Assembly: GCA_963667035.1 (NCBI GenBank)
Contig: OY762964.1
Coordinates: 2,752,001-2,816,000 of the forward strand
Direction: 5' to 3'
Source of the DNA: Candidatus Cloacimonadales bacterium
GTDB taxonomy: Bacteria > Cloacimonadota > Cloacimonadia > Cloacimonadales > JAFGVF01
Length of the DNA stretch: 64,000 nucleotides
Shown here: piece after piece, positions 18,500 to 28,458 of the stretch
Layout: every line of letters begins with the position of its first letter
Numbering within the stretch: the stretch's first letter is position 1
Position numbers and translations under genes: made by a program
The notes under the pieces: model-generated
Told to the model about the DNA's origin: nothing
Databases searched by the model: none
What the model saw: the letters and a program-made list of their open reading frames with translations, nothing else

Positions 18500-21124
18500 A
18501 TGATGAAAAAAACTTCTTTATTGATTGTTTTAACAATCTTTCTTATGTCGCTGAATGCAGTTTCCTCAGATACTATTAAACGTATTGAACAATACTCAGG
18601 AAAGAATGCATTAGAGCTTATTGAATACGCAAACAGTCTTTCCGGTGATAAGGAAAAGTATTGTGATTTCTTGTTAGAGAATAGTTCTGACGGAGATTTA
18701 GCCGCTATTACTCCCGGATTTCTTGATGAAAATCTGGAATATGCTATACTTGCTAAGGATTTGCCATTTAACGAAAATGTATCGGAAGAACTATTTTTGC
18801 ATTATGTGTTACCTCCACGTATAAGCCAAGAACCCTTTGAACAGTGGAGAAAGCAATTTTATGAGACATTATATCCCAGAATAAAAGATTGCGAAACAAT
18901 CAGAGAAGCTATTTTAGAAGTAGATTTGTGGTATAATGAAGGAATCTATTTTAAACAAACAAGCGGCAGAGATATGCCACCATTATCATGTATAAAATGG
19001 AGTTGGGGCAGATGTGAAGAGATGATGATTCTCTTTATGGCTGCTGCACGATCTGTAGGTATACCGGTAAGATCCGTATCAGCTCCATATTGGAGTTTCA
19101 CAGATAGCAACCATGCCTGGGTTGAAGTATGGACAGAAGATGGCTGGAGAGTTACGGAAGAAGGTTATCCTCTTGAATATGGACAAACAAACTGGGTTAC
19201 GGACACGGCTTTAAGAGCTCCAATAGTAACATCAAGATGCTTTGGTGATCTTGAGCATGAACAAACTATTAGTATTAATGAACATGCAACAAAGCTTAAC
19301 ATAACTTCAAATTACGGTCAAACTTCAAAGGTAACAATTACTTTACATGATGAATCGGGTAATCCTGTTGATGATGCTACTATTAGTCTTTATGCGACGA
19401 CATTTGGCGGATTGTTTAGTTTCTATCAGGATGATTCTGATGAACAAGGTAAGGTTGAAGTTGAATTAGGCAGAACTACTGTATGGGTAACAGCCAGAAA
19501 AGATTCATTATTCGGAACAGGACTTGTCTCAACTGTAAAAGGTGAAAGTGAGTTAGTTATAACAATGAAGAACAACTATTATCTGGATGAATCATTTGTT
19601 AACTATTTCCCTTTAGCAGGTCATAAAGAGCGTAATTTTAAGAAAGATGAAGCCATGATAAAAAGACTTCAAGAAAGAAGAGAATTAGCAAACTTAAGAC
19701 GTCAAAAACGTTATCTTGAGAACGGTAAAACCGATAGCTTTATAAAGTATTATCCTTTACCTGAAGAGGGTGAAGATATTGAGAAATATAATCTACGTCG
19801 GGACAAGTATATAGAAAACAGTAGTGATATTTGTGATAATGCATCTGCATTTCTATATGTGTATGATAAGATTAAGTCCGAAGAGGACGGTGACGTAAAA
19901 CAAAATGTGCTGACAGCAATGATTACGTTATGGAATTCAAAGGACTTAGCCGAGATGCCTGATACTACTTCAATCATAGAAACGGTTAACGCTTTTTCCG
20001 AGCGTAAAATAGCTTTTGAATCCGCTGTGTCAGATTCTATATGGAGAAGACATGTGGTACAGCCTTGCTTCGGTAGTAAAATAGTTCCTGAAAATGGATG
20101 GGAAGGTGAGCTTTATGAAATGCTTAAGCCTATACTTGCAGACGACATTGAAACTACTTATCAAAATGTAACCGATTGGCTTAATAAAGTTATTGTGATA
20201 GACGATTCAACTTCAATGAGCTACTTCTCAGGTTCTTTAAATCCTGTGCAAATACTCAATAAACGCAATATAAACGGTTATCATAAAACCGTTCTGTATG
20301 ATTCGGTTTATCGATTAGCAGGTATTCCTCTTTCATGGAAAGGATTTATGGAATATTACGATGGTGAAAAATGGAATCAAATAAAAATAAATGTTGATGA
20401 AGACGAAGAAGAAAGCACTACTCCAATTGAGATGGAAATAACTCTGGAAATCATACAAGATGGTTCTCAAGTTAAAGCAGACCCATATAAAAACTTCTTA
20501 CTGGCATCAATGCGTGAAAACGGAGACATTGATAATTGTTACTTTGATAGCACACCGGATGGTAATAAAGCTAGTATTAAATGGTTTAAATCTAATCCCG
20601 ATATTCCTTACTATCTGGTAAGCTTTATTAGGAATGAGAATGGTGATGCGGATGTACGAGTGAAAAGCGTTACTGATGACATAAATGATTATGTGTTGGA
20701 ACTGAATACTCCTAATCCTCTTTTTGACTTGAGTGCTGCTTGGAGTAAGAAAACTAAGAAAGAGCTGAAGAAGCTAATCAAGGATTCTGACTCTAATGAT
20801 AGATACACTCTTGTTTTTGTAAGAGGCAAACTAGGTACTGAACCACAGGAGAGAATGGTTGAACAACTGTTCAACAGAAAGAATAATTTCTTTAAGAAAA
20901 AAGCTAATATAATAATTGCTACCGAGTATAGAGATAACAAAGATCTGGATCTTTATGAAAAAGAAGGTGTCAAGATAATAGAAGCTAAGAAGATTATTCA
21001 CGAAGATTTCCAAGCTGCTGATTATCCATGCATATTCCTTGTTAATAAGAAAGGAAAGATTGTTAGTTCTAGTAAAGGTTATAACCTGAGCATTATCGAG
21101 TATATGCCTAAATTAATTAAATAG
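18500..21124 (+). CDS. Secreted transglutaminase-like domain protein
   Basis: Signal peptide; F.HYVLPPRI..EP, GRCEE, ARSVGIP.R, NHAWVEVW..DGW. Confidence 0.8.
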   Translation: MMKKTSLLIVLTIFLMSLNAVSSDTIKRIEQYSGKNALELIEYANSLSGDKEKYCDFLLENSSDGDLAAITPGFLDENLEYAILAKDLPFNENVSEELFLHYVLPPRISQEPFEQWRKQFYETLYPRIKDCETIREAILEVDLWYNEGIYFKQTSGRDMPPLSCIKWSWGRCEEMMILFMAAARSVGIPVRSVSAPYWSFTDSNHAWVEVWTEDGWRVTEEGYPLEYGQTNWVTDTALRAPIVTSRCFGDLEHEQTISINEHATKLNITSNYGQTSKVTITLHDESGNPVDDATISLYATTFGGLFSFYQDDSDEQGKVEVELGRTTVWVTARKDSLFGTGLVSTVKGESELVITMKNNYYLDESFVNYFPLAGHKERNFKKDEAMIKRLQERRELANLRRQKRYLENGKTDSFIKYYPLPEEGEDIEKYNLRRDKYIENSSDICDNASAFLYVYDKIKSEEDGDVKQNVLTAMITLWNSKDLAEMPDTTSIIETVNAFSERKIAFESAVSDSIWRRHVVQPCFGSKIVPENGWEGELYEMLKPILADDIETTYQNVTDWLNKVIVIDDSTSMSYFSGSLNPVQILNKRNINGYHKTVLYDSVYRLAGIPLSWKGFMEYYDGEKWNQIKINVDEDEEESTTPIEMEITLEIIQDGSQVKADPYKNFLLASMRENGDIDNCYFDSTPDGNKASIKWFKSNPDIPYYLVSFIRNENGDADVRVKSVTDDINDYVLELNTPNPLFDLSAAWSKKTKKELKKLIKDSDSNDRYTLVFVRGKLGTEPQERMVEQLFNRKNNFFKKKANIIIATEYRDNKDLDLYEKEGVKIIEAKKIIHEDFQAADYPCIFLVNKKGKIVSSSKGYNLSIIEYMPKLIK

Positions 21125-21131
21125 AAATTAC

Positions 21132-21160
21132 AAGGGAAGCAATCGCTTCCCTTCCTTTTT
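21132..21160 (+). terminator. Intrinsic terminator-like hairpin
   Basis: AAGGGAAGC-AATC-GCTTCCCTT followed by CCTTTTT. Confidence 0.6.
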
Positions 21161-21163
21161 ATC

Positions 21164-21733
21164 ATGAATAAAATACTTCTGGTAGACAACTACGATTCTT
21201 TCACTTATAATCTTTTACACTTGGTCCAAGAAGAGTATGATGGAATTGTTGACGTGATTCGAAATGATTCAATTGATAGATATAACTTATATAAGTATGA
21301 AGCTGTAGTTATTTCACCCGGACCTGGAAGACCTGAAACAACACCTTATACAATGGGAATAATACATGAGTGCTATGGAAAAATCCCTATTCTTGGAGAG
21401 TGTTTAGGAATGCAATGCCTGAATGAGTATAAAGGTGGCAAAACGGTTCCCGCTCCATATCCTGTACACGGTAAACGATGTAAGATAGACGTTGTTTCAA
21501 AGAATAGCATTTTATTTGATAAACTACCTACATCATTCTATGTTGGAAGATATCATTCTTTACAGTGCTCAGATATTCCTACTTGCTTTTCAGTTATAAG
21601 TATCACTAAAGATAATATTCCTATGGCAATTGAGGATAAGGATAATAAAGTCTTTGCAGTACAGTTTCATCCCGAGTCATTTCTCTCGGATAATGGTGCC
21701 ATAATAGTTAGGAATTTTCTGGAGCAGTTGTGA
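21164..21733 (+). CDS. pabA: Aminodeoxychorismate synthase component II (glutamine amidotransferase)
   Basis: DNYDSFTYNL, SPGPG, GECLGMQ, RYHSL, QFHPES; adjacent to pabB and pabC. Confidence 0.85.
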   Translation: MNKILLVDNYDSFTYNLLHLVQEEYDGIVDVIRNDSIDRYNLYKYEAVVISPGPGRPETTPYTMGIIHECYGKIPILGECLGMQCLNEYKGGKTVPAPYPVHGKRCKIDVVSKNSILFDKLPTSFYVGRYHSLQCSDIPTCFSVISITKDNIPMAIEDKDNKVFAVQFHPESFLSDNGAIIVRNFLEQL

Positions 21734-23088
21734 TGAAGATACTTTCGGTTAACATAGTTCCTATTGCATATTGCGAGCCTATTGATTACTATAAGAATCA
21801 AATTACATCAGTCCCATCAATATTATATACCGGCAAAGGAGAGAAAGATTTATCCGAGTTTTCTCTGATAGGATGTACTCCAGTAGCAATTATTGAGCTA
21901 TCTCCGGGCAGAAGCTGTCTGAAAACACAGAGCTATGAGAAAAGTATTGAATTTAGACCTTGGGACGAGTTGTCGAAACTTATTACAGACTTAAAATTCG
22001 ATAAATATGAATATCCAGCTAACAAATGTGGTGTTTGTGGATTTTGGAGCTATGAGTTAAGGCACACTTTAGAATCGCTTCCAAAACTTAATAAGAATAG
22101 CTACTCCTTGCCTGATGCAATTTATACCTTATTCTCTAACTTCTATTACTTTGACCACGACAGTAAGCGATCTTGGAAAATAGATTTTGAATACAACTTA
22201 TCTCCTATACATGGTATTCAACAATGTAACGATAACCATTATAACATCACTAATCTCAGAGCAAATTTCAGTAAAGAAGAATACTGTGATAAAGTAAATA
22301 GGGTAAGAGATTATATTTACTCCGGAGAAGTGTACGAAGTTAATTTATCACAACAGTTTGAAGCAGATTTTGAAGGTAACTCTCTCCAGTACTTTTTAGA
22401 TTTATATCATAGGAATCCTGCACCTTTTTCTGCTTTTATGAATTATAGTGATTACCAAATTCTATCTCTTTCTCCGGAACAATTTATTAAATGTGAAGGG
22501 GATAGAGTTGAAACAAGACCAATTAAGGGTACTGCTCCTAGGTATGCCGATAAATTAAAGGATAAACAATCTAAAGAAAACCTGATCAACTCAGAAAAAG
22601 ATAAAGCAGAGTTGCATATGATAGTTGATCTTCTTAGAAATGACCTTTCGAAGAGTTGCAGAGTAGGATCCGTAGATGTTGTAAATCCCCATAGGCTTGA
22701 AAAGTATGAGAATGTATGGCATCTTGTTGCAATTATAAAAGGACTACTTGATACAGATTCAAGCTATATAGATATTGTTAAAGGAGCTTTTCCGGGAGGT
22801 TCAATAACCGGATGCCCAAAGATTCGCTCTATGGAGATTATTGAAGAGTTGGAAGTGAGCCAACGAAATCTATACACGGGTTCCATTTTCATCGTCAATA
22901 AAGCATTTCTACAATCTAGTATTGTAATAAGAACAGGTATTATCACAGAAAGTTTGACAACAAATAACAGAAAGCTATTTTTTAATAGTGGAGGAGCGGT
23001 AACTATTGATTCTGTTCCTGAATCTGAATACGATGAGATTATTCAAAAAGTAACTCACTTTATTGCAAGTGAGAAGGAGGACAAATGA
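21730..23088 (+). CDS. pabB: Aminodeoxychorismate synthase component I
   Basis: GEVYEVNLSQ, NPAPF, SPE, PIKGT (PabB-type rather than TrpE PIAGT), MIVDLLRNDL, FPGGSITGCPK. Confidence 0.85.
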   Translation: MMKILSVNIVPIAYCEPIDYYKNQITSVPSILYTGKGEKDLSEFSLIGCTPVAIIELSPGRSCLKTQSYEKSIEFRPWDELSKLITDLKFDKYEYPANKCGVCGFWSYELRHTLESLPKLNKNSYSLPDAIYTLFSNFYYFDHDSKRSWKIDFEYNLSPIHGIQQCNDNHYNITNLRANFSKEEYCDKVNRVRDYIYSGEVYEVNLSQQFEADFEGNSLQYFLDLYHRNPAPFSAFMNYSDYQILSLSPEQFIKCEGDRVETRPIKGTAPRYADKLKDKQSKENLINSEKDKAELHMIVDLLRNDLSKSCRVGSVDVVNPHRLEKYENVWHLVAIIKGLLDTDSSYIDIVKGAFPGGSITGCPKIRSMEIIEELEVSQRNLYTGSIFIVNKAFLQSSIVIRTGIITESLTTNNRKLFFNSGGAVTIDSVPESEYDEIIQKVTHFIASEKEDK

Positions 23089-23843
23089 TCTGGTTCATAG
23101 ACGGCATGTATGCTAGTCCCGAGAATGCTGGATATAACCTCAACAATAGCGGATTCTTGCATGGTTATGGTGTCTTTACTACTTTACTTTATTCAAATAG
23201 TTGCAGAATACCATTCTATTATCATCTTGAAAGATTGAGAAATGCTTGTAAAAAGTTTAATCTACTATTCCCTGAAATAGACTATCGAATGATAATGAGA
23301 AAACTATTGGAATACAATAAAGTAAACTTGTTACGAATTAGAATCATCTTACAAAAATCTGAAGATAGAACTACGAAGGTGATAGTAACTGCCGATAATT
23401 TTAGTCCCCAGAAGAAGAGATTCAAGCTGGTTTCATGTAGCGAACCGAGACATTGTAGTGTTCTTAATAAATATAAAACGACTAACTACATGTTACCAAT
23501 GTATTATAAGCAAGTTGCAATGGAAAATGGATTTGATGAAATGCTGTTTCATGATTGTGAGGGAAATGTATTGGAAACTTGTTTTGCAAATGTTTTCTTT
23601 GTTAGAAACAGACATATCTACACTCCTCCGGTAACAAACGAAATATTAGCAGGTACTGCAAGAAGAACCATTCTTGAGAAAGGTGAAATCGAAGGTTTTC
23701 AAGTTACTGAAGCAAACATTTCAATGAAAGAGATTGGAGATTTTGAATCTGTTTTTCTGACAAATGCAGTTCATGGAGTAATGCAAGTAGATTCAATTGA
23801 TAATATTAAGTACACTCCGATAAGTTTTACAGTTAAGTTATAG
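23085..23843 (+). CDS. pabC: Class IV aminotransferase, probable 4-amino-4-deoxychorismate lyase
   Basis: GYGVFTT, HLERL, KTTNY, LET..ANVF, LAGTAR, FLTNA; pabAB context. Confidence 0.75.
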   Translation: MIWFIDGMYASPENAGYNLNNSGFLHGYGVFTTLLYSNSCRIPFYYHLERLRNACKKFNLLFPEIDYRMIMRKLLEYNKVNLLRIRIILQKSEDRTTKVIVTADNFSPQKKRFKLVSCSEPRHCSVLNKYKTTNYMLPMYYKQVAMENGFDEMLFHDCEGNVLETCFANVFFVRNRHIYTPPVTNEILAGTARRTILEKGEIEGFQVTEANISMKEIGDFESVFLTNAVHGVMQVDSIDNIKYTPISFTVKL

Positions 23844-23874
23844 AAAAAGGCAGTTGGATTAACCAACTGCCTTT
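23844..23874. terminator. Bidirectional terminator between pabC and purB
   Basis: AAAGGCAGTTGG-ATTAA-CCAACTGCCTTT between convergent genes. Confidence 0.8.
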
Positions 23875-23879
23875 AATAA

Positions 23880-25175
23880 TTAAATTATCCCGCATCTTTT
23901 CATGATAAAATCGACATTTTTCAAGTAGCGTTCATAAGAAAAAATCTCATCAATTTCATTTCTTTCCAATATGTTGCAAATATCTTCATCAGCAAGAATG
24001 AGCTCTTTGAATGGCTGTTTAGTCTGCCAGCATGTCAATGCATTTTTCTGCACCATTGCATAAGCCTGTTCTCTTGATATTCCTTTATTTGCTAGATGTA
24101 GTAGAATAACTTGAGAGAATACTAACCCATTCGTTAGTTCAAGATTTCGTTCAATATTTTCAGGATATACAGTCAGATTATCAATAAGACGCGTCATCTT
24201 CTTAAGCATATAATGCATAAGAATGCTAGAGTCAGGAAGAATAATTCTTTCAACGGAACTGTGACTAATATCTCTTTCATGCCAAAGAGCATTATTCTCG
24301 CAAGCAGCCAATGCATTAGTTCTCAATAATCTGGCAAGTCCGCTCATCTGTTCACTAACAATAGGATTCTTTTTGTGGGGCATTGCGGAAGATCCTTTCT
24401 GACCTTTAGAGAAGTTCTCTTCGGCCTCTAAGACTTCAGTTCGTTGTAAATGCCTAATCTCAATAGCAACCTTCTCAATTGTTGCACCTGTCAAAGCAAT
24501 AACGTTCATATATTCTGCATGTCTATCTCTTTGAATTACTTGAGTAGCAATATTAACAGGTTTAAGACCTAAGAAACCACATGCCAATTCTTCGATTTGA
24601 GGAGATAAATGAGCGTAGTTACCAACAGCTCCTGATATCTGTCCGACACTTACAGTATTTAAAGCTGCTTCCATCCTTTTGATGTTTCTATTCATCTCAT
24701 CATACCATAGGGCAAACTTTAAACCGAATGATGTAGGTTCTGCATGTATCCCATGTGATCTACCAATGCAAAGTGTATCTTTATACTGTTTAGCTTTATC
24801 TTTTAAGACCACACTGAACTCTTTCATCTCTTGGAGAATTAACTCAGCAGCTTGTTTCATTTGTAAAGCTGAGGCCGTATCCAGTACATCAGAAGAAGTC
24901 ATTCCATAATGAATCCAACGAGAAGATGGTCCAACATATTCAGCAACATTCGTTAAGAAAGCAATAATATCGTGTTTTGTAACGAGTTCAATCTCATCAA
25001 CACGTTGAGCATCAAAATCTGCTTTCGCAACTATATTTTTAAGGTCTTCATCCGGAATTATACCAAGCTTATTCATTGCTTTACAAGCAGCTATTTCAAC
25101 ATCAAGCCAACATTGATAACGGTTTTGTTGACTCCAAATATCACCCATTTCCTTGAGAGTATAACGACTAATCAT
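23880..25175 (-). CDS. purB: Adenylosuccinate lyase
   Basis: MISRY, HYGMTSSD, GRSHGIHAEP, GSSAMPHKKNP, WHERDISHSSVER. Confidence 0.97.
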   Translation of the reverse strand: MISRYTLKEMGDIWSQQNRYQCWLDVEIAACKAMNKLGIIPDEDLKNIVAKADFDAQRVDEIELVTKHDIIAFLTNVAEYVGPSSRWIHYGMTSSDVLDTASALQMKQAAELILQEMKEFSVVLKDKAKQYKDTLCIGRSHGIHAEPTSFGLKFALWYDEMNRNIKRMEAALNTVSVGQISGAVGNYAHLSPQIEELACGFLGLKPVNIATQVIQRDRHAEYMNVIALTGATIEKVAIEIRHLQRTEVLEAEENFSKGQKGSSAMPHKKNPIVSEQMSGLARLLRTNALAACENNALWHERDISHSSVERIILPDSSILMHYMLKKMTRLIDNLTVYPENIERNLELTNGLVFSQVILLHLANKGISREQAYAMVQKNALTCWQTKQPFKELILADEDICNILERNEIDEIFSYERYLKNVDFIMKRCGII

Positions 25176-25186
25176 ATTTCTTACCT

Positions 25187-25798
25187 TTATCTCTTTTTAT
25201 AATTATCTATATCTATTACCAAAAACTCTGTATTATCAATTACAAGAGTAATCTTTTGAGGCTCTCCATTAAGTTTATATTCAAATAGGACTTTGTTTTC
25301 ATCAGTATTACTAATTGAAGCCAATTGCATTTTATCGTTAAAGGCAAAGTCCAAACCAAGTTTGTTAACTGATCTGTTCATAAATATTTCTTCCGAGTGA
25401 GGAAGCAAATATTTCGAAAGTGAGAGATCATATTGTATATCATCCAGAAGCATATTAGATGGGATTAAACTGTCTGCACCGGCAAAACCACTAGCATCAA
25501 CAGTTAGTGAGTCATCATAACTAATTGAGACCAGAGGCTTTGGGTTCAAACCCATTAATCCGGAATTAAGGACTTTAAAGTTAAATCGGTTACCGTCCTT
25601 ATGCATAACGAAATTCTTTCTAAAGCTAAAAGCTTTATAATGAATTTCAACAATACCTTGCATATTGAAATTATCCCATAATGATAAATTTGATTCAAGA
25701 GCTTTATAGCTGGCTTTGTTCCCTGTTGAAAATACTGAACAACCGTTTACTATAACTAATACAAGGATTACAATTGCTATAAATATATTTCTTTTCAT
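25187..25798 (-). CDS. Hypothetical lipoprotein
   Basis: GGAG RBS; lipobox-like IVNGC after a hydrophobic stretch; beta-rich mature part. Confidence 0.65.
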   Translation of the reverse strand: MKRNIFIAIVILVLVIVNGCSVFSTGNKASYKALESNLSLWDNFNMQGIVEIHYKAFSFRKNFVMHKDGNRFNFKVLNSGLMGLNPKPLVSISYDDSLTVDASGFAGADSLIPSNMLLDDIQYDLSLSKYLLPHSEEIFMNRSVNKLGLDFAFNDKMQLASISNTDENKVLFEYKLNGEPQKITLVIDNTEFLVIDIDNYKKR

Positions 25799-25850
25799 AA
25801 TCTCTCCTCAAATCTACAATTTAACGAAACTGATAATTGTAAACTGATTT

Positions 25851-28193
25851 TTATAAGTTGAATTTCTGCAATCTTCTAGTCATTGCACTAGGCGTTATTC
25901 CAAGCATTGCTGCGGCTTTACTCTTCTTATTCCCAGAAAGCTCAAGAGCTTTCTTTATTGCCATCAACTCCAAATCCTCCAAGTTTAGTTTATCAGTTGA
26001 AATCAATGCTGATTCATTTATTTGTACTTTAGCATATTCATTGTCTGACTTTAATCCTGAGTTTGAAAGTGCATTTAGAAGATTCAATCCATTTCTTAGG
26101 AATAAAGTAGCTCTTTCAATTATGTTTCTTAATTCTCTTACATTTCCCGGATACGAATATGACTTGATCATCTCCATAGCTTCTTCCGATATGTCAGGTT
26201 TAATAATACCCATTCTAGTGCAATACTTATCCAGATAGTATTCTGCAATTACTGCAATATCTGAATGACGTTCACGTAAAGGTGGAATTTCTATGATAAA
26301 TGTATTAATTCTGTTGTAGAAATCTAATCTGAAATCACCTGAACTAATTAACTCTTCAAGGTTACGGTGTGTTGCACATATTACTCTGAAGTCTGTTGTC
26401 TCAGGTTTGTTAGAACCAAGAGGAGTAAAATTCTTATTCTCAAGAACTTTTAGAAGCTTTGCTTGAAGAGAAACAGGCATATCTCCGATTTCATCTAAGA
26501 AAAGTGTACCTGAATCAGCTTCTTTAAGAAATCCCGGATTATCTTTTACCGCTCCGGTAAAAGCACCTTTTTTATATCCGAAAAACTCACTTTCAGCCAT
26601 ACCTTCCGGGATCGCAGAACAATTAACCTCACATAAAGTGCCATCTTTTCTTTTGCTGTTTTTATGAATCATATCAGCAATGATTTGCTTACCGGTTCCG
26701 CTCTCGCCTAGAATCAAAACATTTATATCAGAATGTTGTGCAGCCATTTCAACTTTACTCAGTACAGCTTTTATTTTTCGGCTAACACCTATAAATCCTG
26801 ATTCTGTACTACTCTCTAGTTTTCTATTTATTGAAGATATTCTGCGGTCCCTTTCAACAAGTTTTCGTTTATCATTAGCAATTTCTTGCTCTAGTGTTTT
26901 GACTTTTTTCTCTAATTCGGATTTTTGGATAATTGATTCAAGCTCTCTAATCTTTTCAGCAATATCTAAGGCTTCTTTATACCTCTCTTGGCTTTTAAGA
27001 ATCTTATAATAAAAACTGTATGTCTTAGTAATATAGAAATATGAAGTATCATCTTTAAACAACTCTATGTTATGTAAGAGAATCTCTTCGGCAATATCTA
27101 TCTTCTCCAGACTCATGAAGAAATCTGCAACTTCATCTGTTAGAGCTATGATCTGTTCTTTAGTTCCATGTTCTCTTATATGATTCAAAGCTTCGAGATA
27201 TGATTTTTCAGCTCCCTCCTGATTGCCTGTCAACTGCAAGTAGTTTGCTCTTCGCTTTAAATACAATGAAGTGATATAGGGATTTTTTTGATGAGTACTA
27301 ACTAATTTTAAGATTTTGAGATATTTATCCATTGTAGAATCATCTCTATCGTATAAGGCATAAATTATCAAAGTAGATAATGATGTTACAAAACAGCTAA
27401 TACCGAATTTATCAAGTTGTTTCCATTCTTTCAAACTAGCATTTTCTTGTAGGAATTTAACAGCTTTTTCTCTATTCCCAATCTCTGAATACATTTTCCC
27501 AATATTCATATTTACAACTATTAGTCCTGAATAATCAGGTTTGATTGTAAACTCTTTTGATTGGAAGTAGCAATCAAGAGCTTTATCTATTTTGCCCTGT
27601 TTACTGTATAAATTTCCAAGGTGCAGTAGGAGCTTACCTTCTACAACCAAATCAACTTTATTGTTAATAGATAATCCCATTAACAAAAATCTTTCTGCTT
27701 CTTCAAATTGATTTGACCTCTCTAAAGCAAGACCTAGGTTAGAATAAAGGAATTTCATACTATCAGGTAAGTCATTTTCTTCAATGTGCTCTATTGCTCT
27801 CAGACCTGCCTGAGCTGCATTGCTATTCTGTCCAATGGAAGTGTATAGTACAGTTAACAAGTACTCCATGTAAGCTTGGGTCATTTTTTTCCCATTTCTG
27901 TTAACAAAAGAACGGTAATCATTAAGTGCATCAAAATCAATTTGTTTAACATCATGCATCATGATTTGAATCTTACTACAATAGCATTTAGCAATGGCAT
28001 CCTTTATTTCTTCCTTAGGATTGGATTCGTAGTTAAGATATTCGTTATAATACCCAATGGCTATATCTATATAGTTTGATGCTTTCTTACGTTCATTAAG
28101 TCCCATTTTAGACACTTCATCTACAATAATGATTATTCTATCAAGTTTAGACAGATTCTGTAGATGCTTGTCCAGTTTTGTAAAATTATACAT
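25851..28193 (-). CDS. Sigma-54-dependent enhancer-binding protein with N-terminal TPR region and Fis-type HTH
   Basis: GESGTGK, GAFTGA, LFLDEIG, FRLDFYNR, YPGNVREL, C-terminal HTH; TPR-like repeats (YSNLGLAL, HLGNLY, NIGKMY). Confidence 0.92.
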   Translation of the reverse strand: MYNFTKLDKHLQNLSKLDRIIIIVDEVSKMGLNERKKASNYIDIAIGYYNEYLNYESNPKEEIKDAIAKCYCSKIQIMMHDVKQIDFDALNDYRSFVNRNGKKMTQAYMEYLLTVLYTSIGQNSNAAQAGLRAIEHIEENDLPDSMKFLYSNLGLALERSNQFEEAERFLLMGLSINNKVDLVVEGKLLLHLGNLYSKQGKIDKALDCYFQSKEFTIKPDYSGLIVVNMNIGKMYSEIGNREKAVKFLQENASLKEWKQLDKFGISCFVTSLSTLIIYALYDRDDSTMDKYLKILKLVSTHQKNPYITSLYLKRRANYLQLTGNQEGAEKSYLEALNHIREHGTKEQIIALTDEVADFFMSLEKIDIAEEILLHNIELFKDDTSYFYITKTYSFYYKILKSQERYKEALDIAEKIRELESIIQKSELEKKVKTLEQEIANDKRKLVERDRRISSINRKLESSTESGFIGVSRKIKAVLSKVEMAAQHSDINVLILGESGTGKQIIADMIHKNSKRKDGTLCEVNCSAIPEGMAESEFFGYKKGAFTGAVKDNPGFLKEADSGTLFLDEIGDMPVSLQAKLLKVLENKNFTPLGSNKPETTDFRVICATHRNLEELISSGDFRLDFYNRINTFIIEIPPLRERHSDIAVIAEYYLDKYCTRMGIIKPDISEEAMEMIKSYSYPGNVRELRNIIERATLFLRNGLNLLNALSNSGLKSDNEYAKVQINESALISTDKLNLEDLELMAIKKALELSGNKKSKAAAMLGITPSAMTRRLQKFNL

Positions 28194-28257
28194 TTGTATC
28201 TCCTCAATAAGCTAAGACCAAAAAAGAACTAATAGTCATCTATTTCAAGTTAATTCT

Positions 28258-28271
28258 TTGCGAAAACGCAA
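28258..28271. promoter_or_regulatory. Palindrome TTGCG-AAAA-CGCAA, candidate enhancer (UAS) for the adjacent activator
   Basis: Perfect 5-bp arms about 130 bp upstream of a candidate -24/-12 site; a further TTCGCAA half-site near 28297. Confidence 0.45.
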
Positions 28272-28399
28272 TTTTATTCTCAAAATTAGTATCAACTTCG
28301 CAAATACGTTTTGTTGAAATCTCATAATTGGAAATAAATCCAACCCGTATTCGGCTGTATAACAATGTTTTAGCATTATCTTATGAATATCTAATCATG

Positions 28400-28415
28400 T
28401 GGAACACAAAATGGT
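28400..28415 (+). promoter_or_regulatory. Candidate sigma-54 (-24/-12) promoter
   Basis: TGGAACACAAAATGGT vs consensus TGGCACNNNNNTTGCW; correct spacing, but GG instead of GC at -12. Confidence 0.4.
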
Positions 28416-28458
28416 AATAATAGATAATAGATTTCGAAAATATGTTTATGGAGAATTG

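Noticed and set aside
21164..23088. Anthranilate synthase trpG/trpE
   Set aside because: The PIKGT motif and the downstream class IV lyase favour pabAB; no other trp genes are present.
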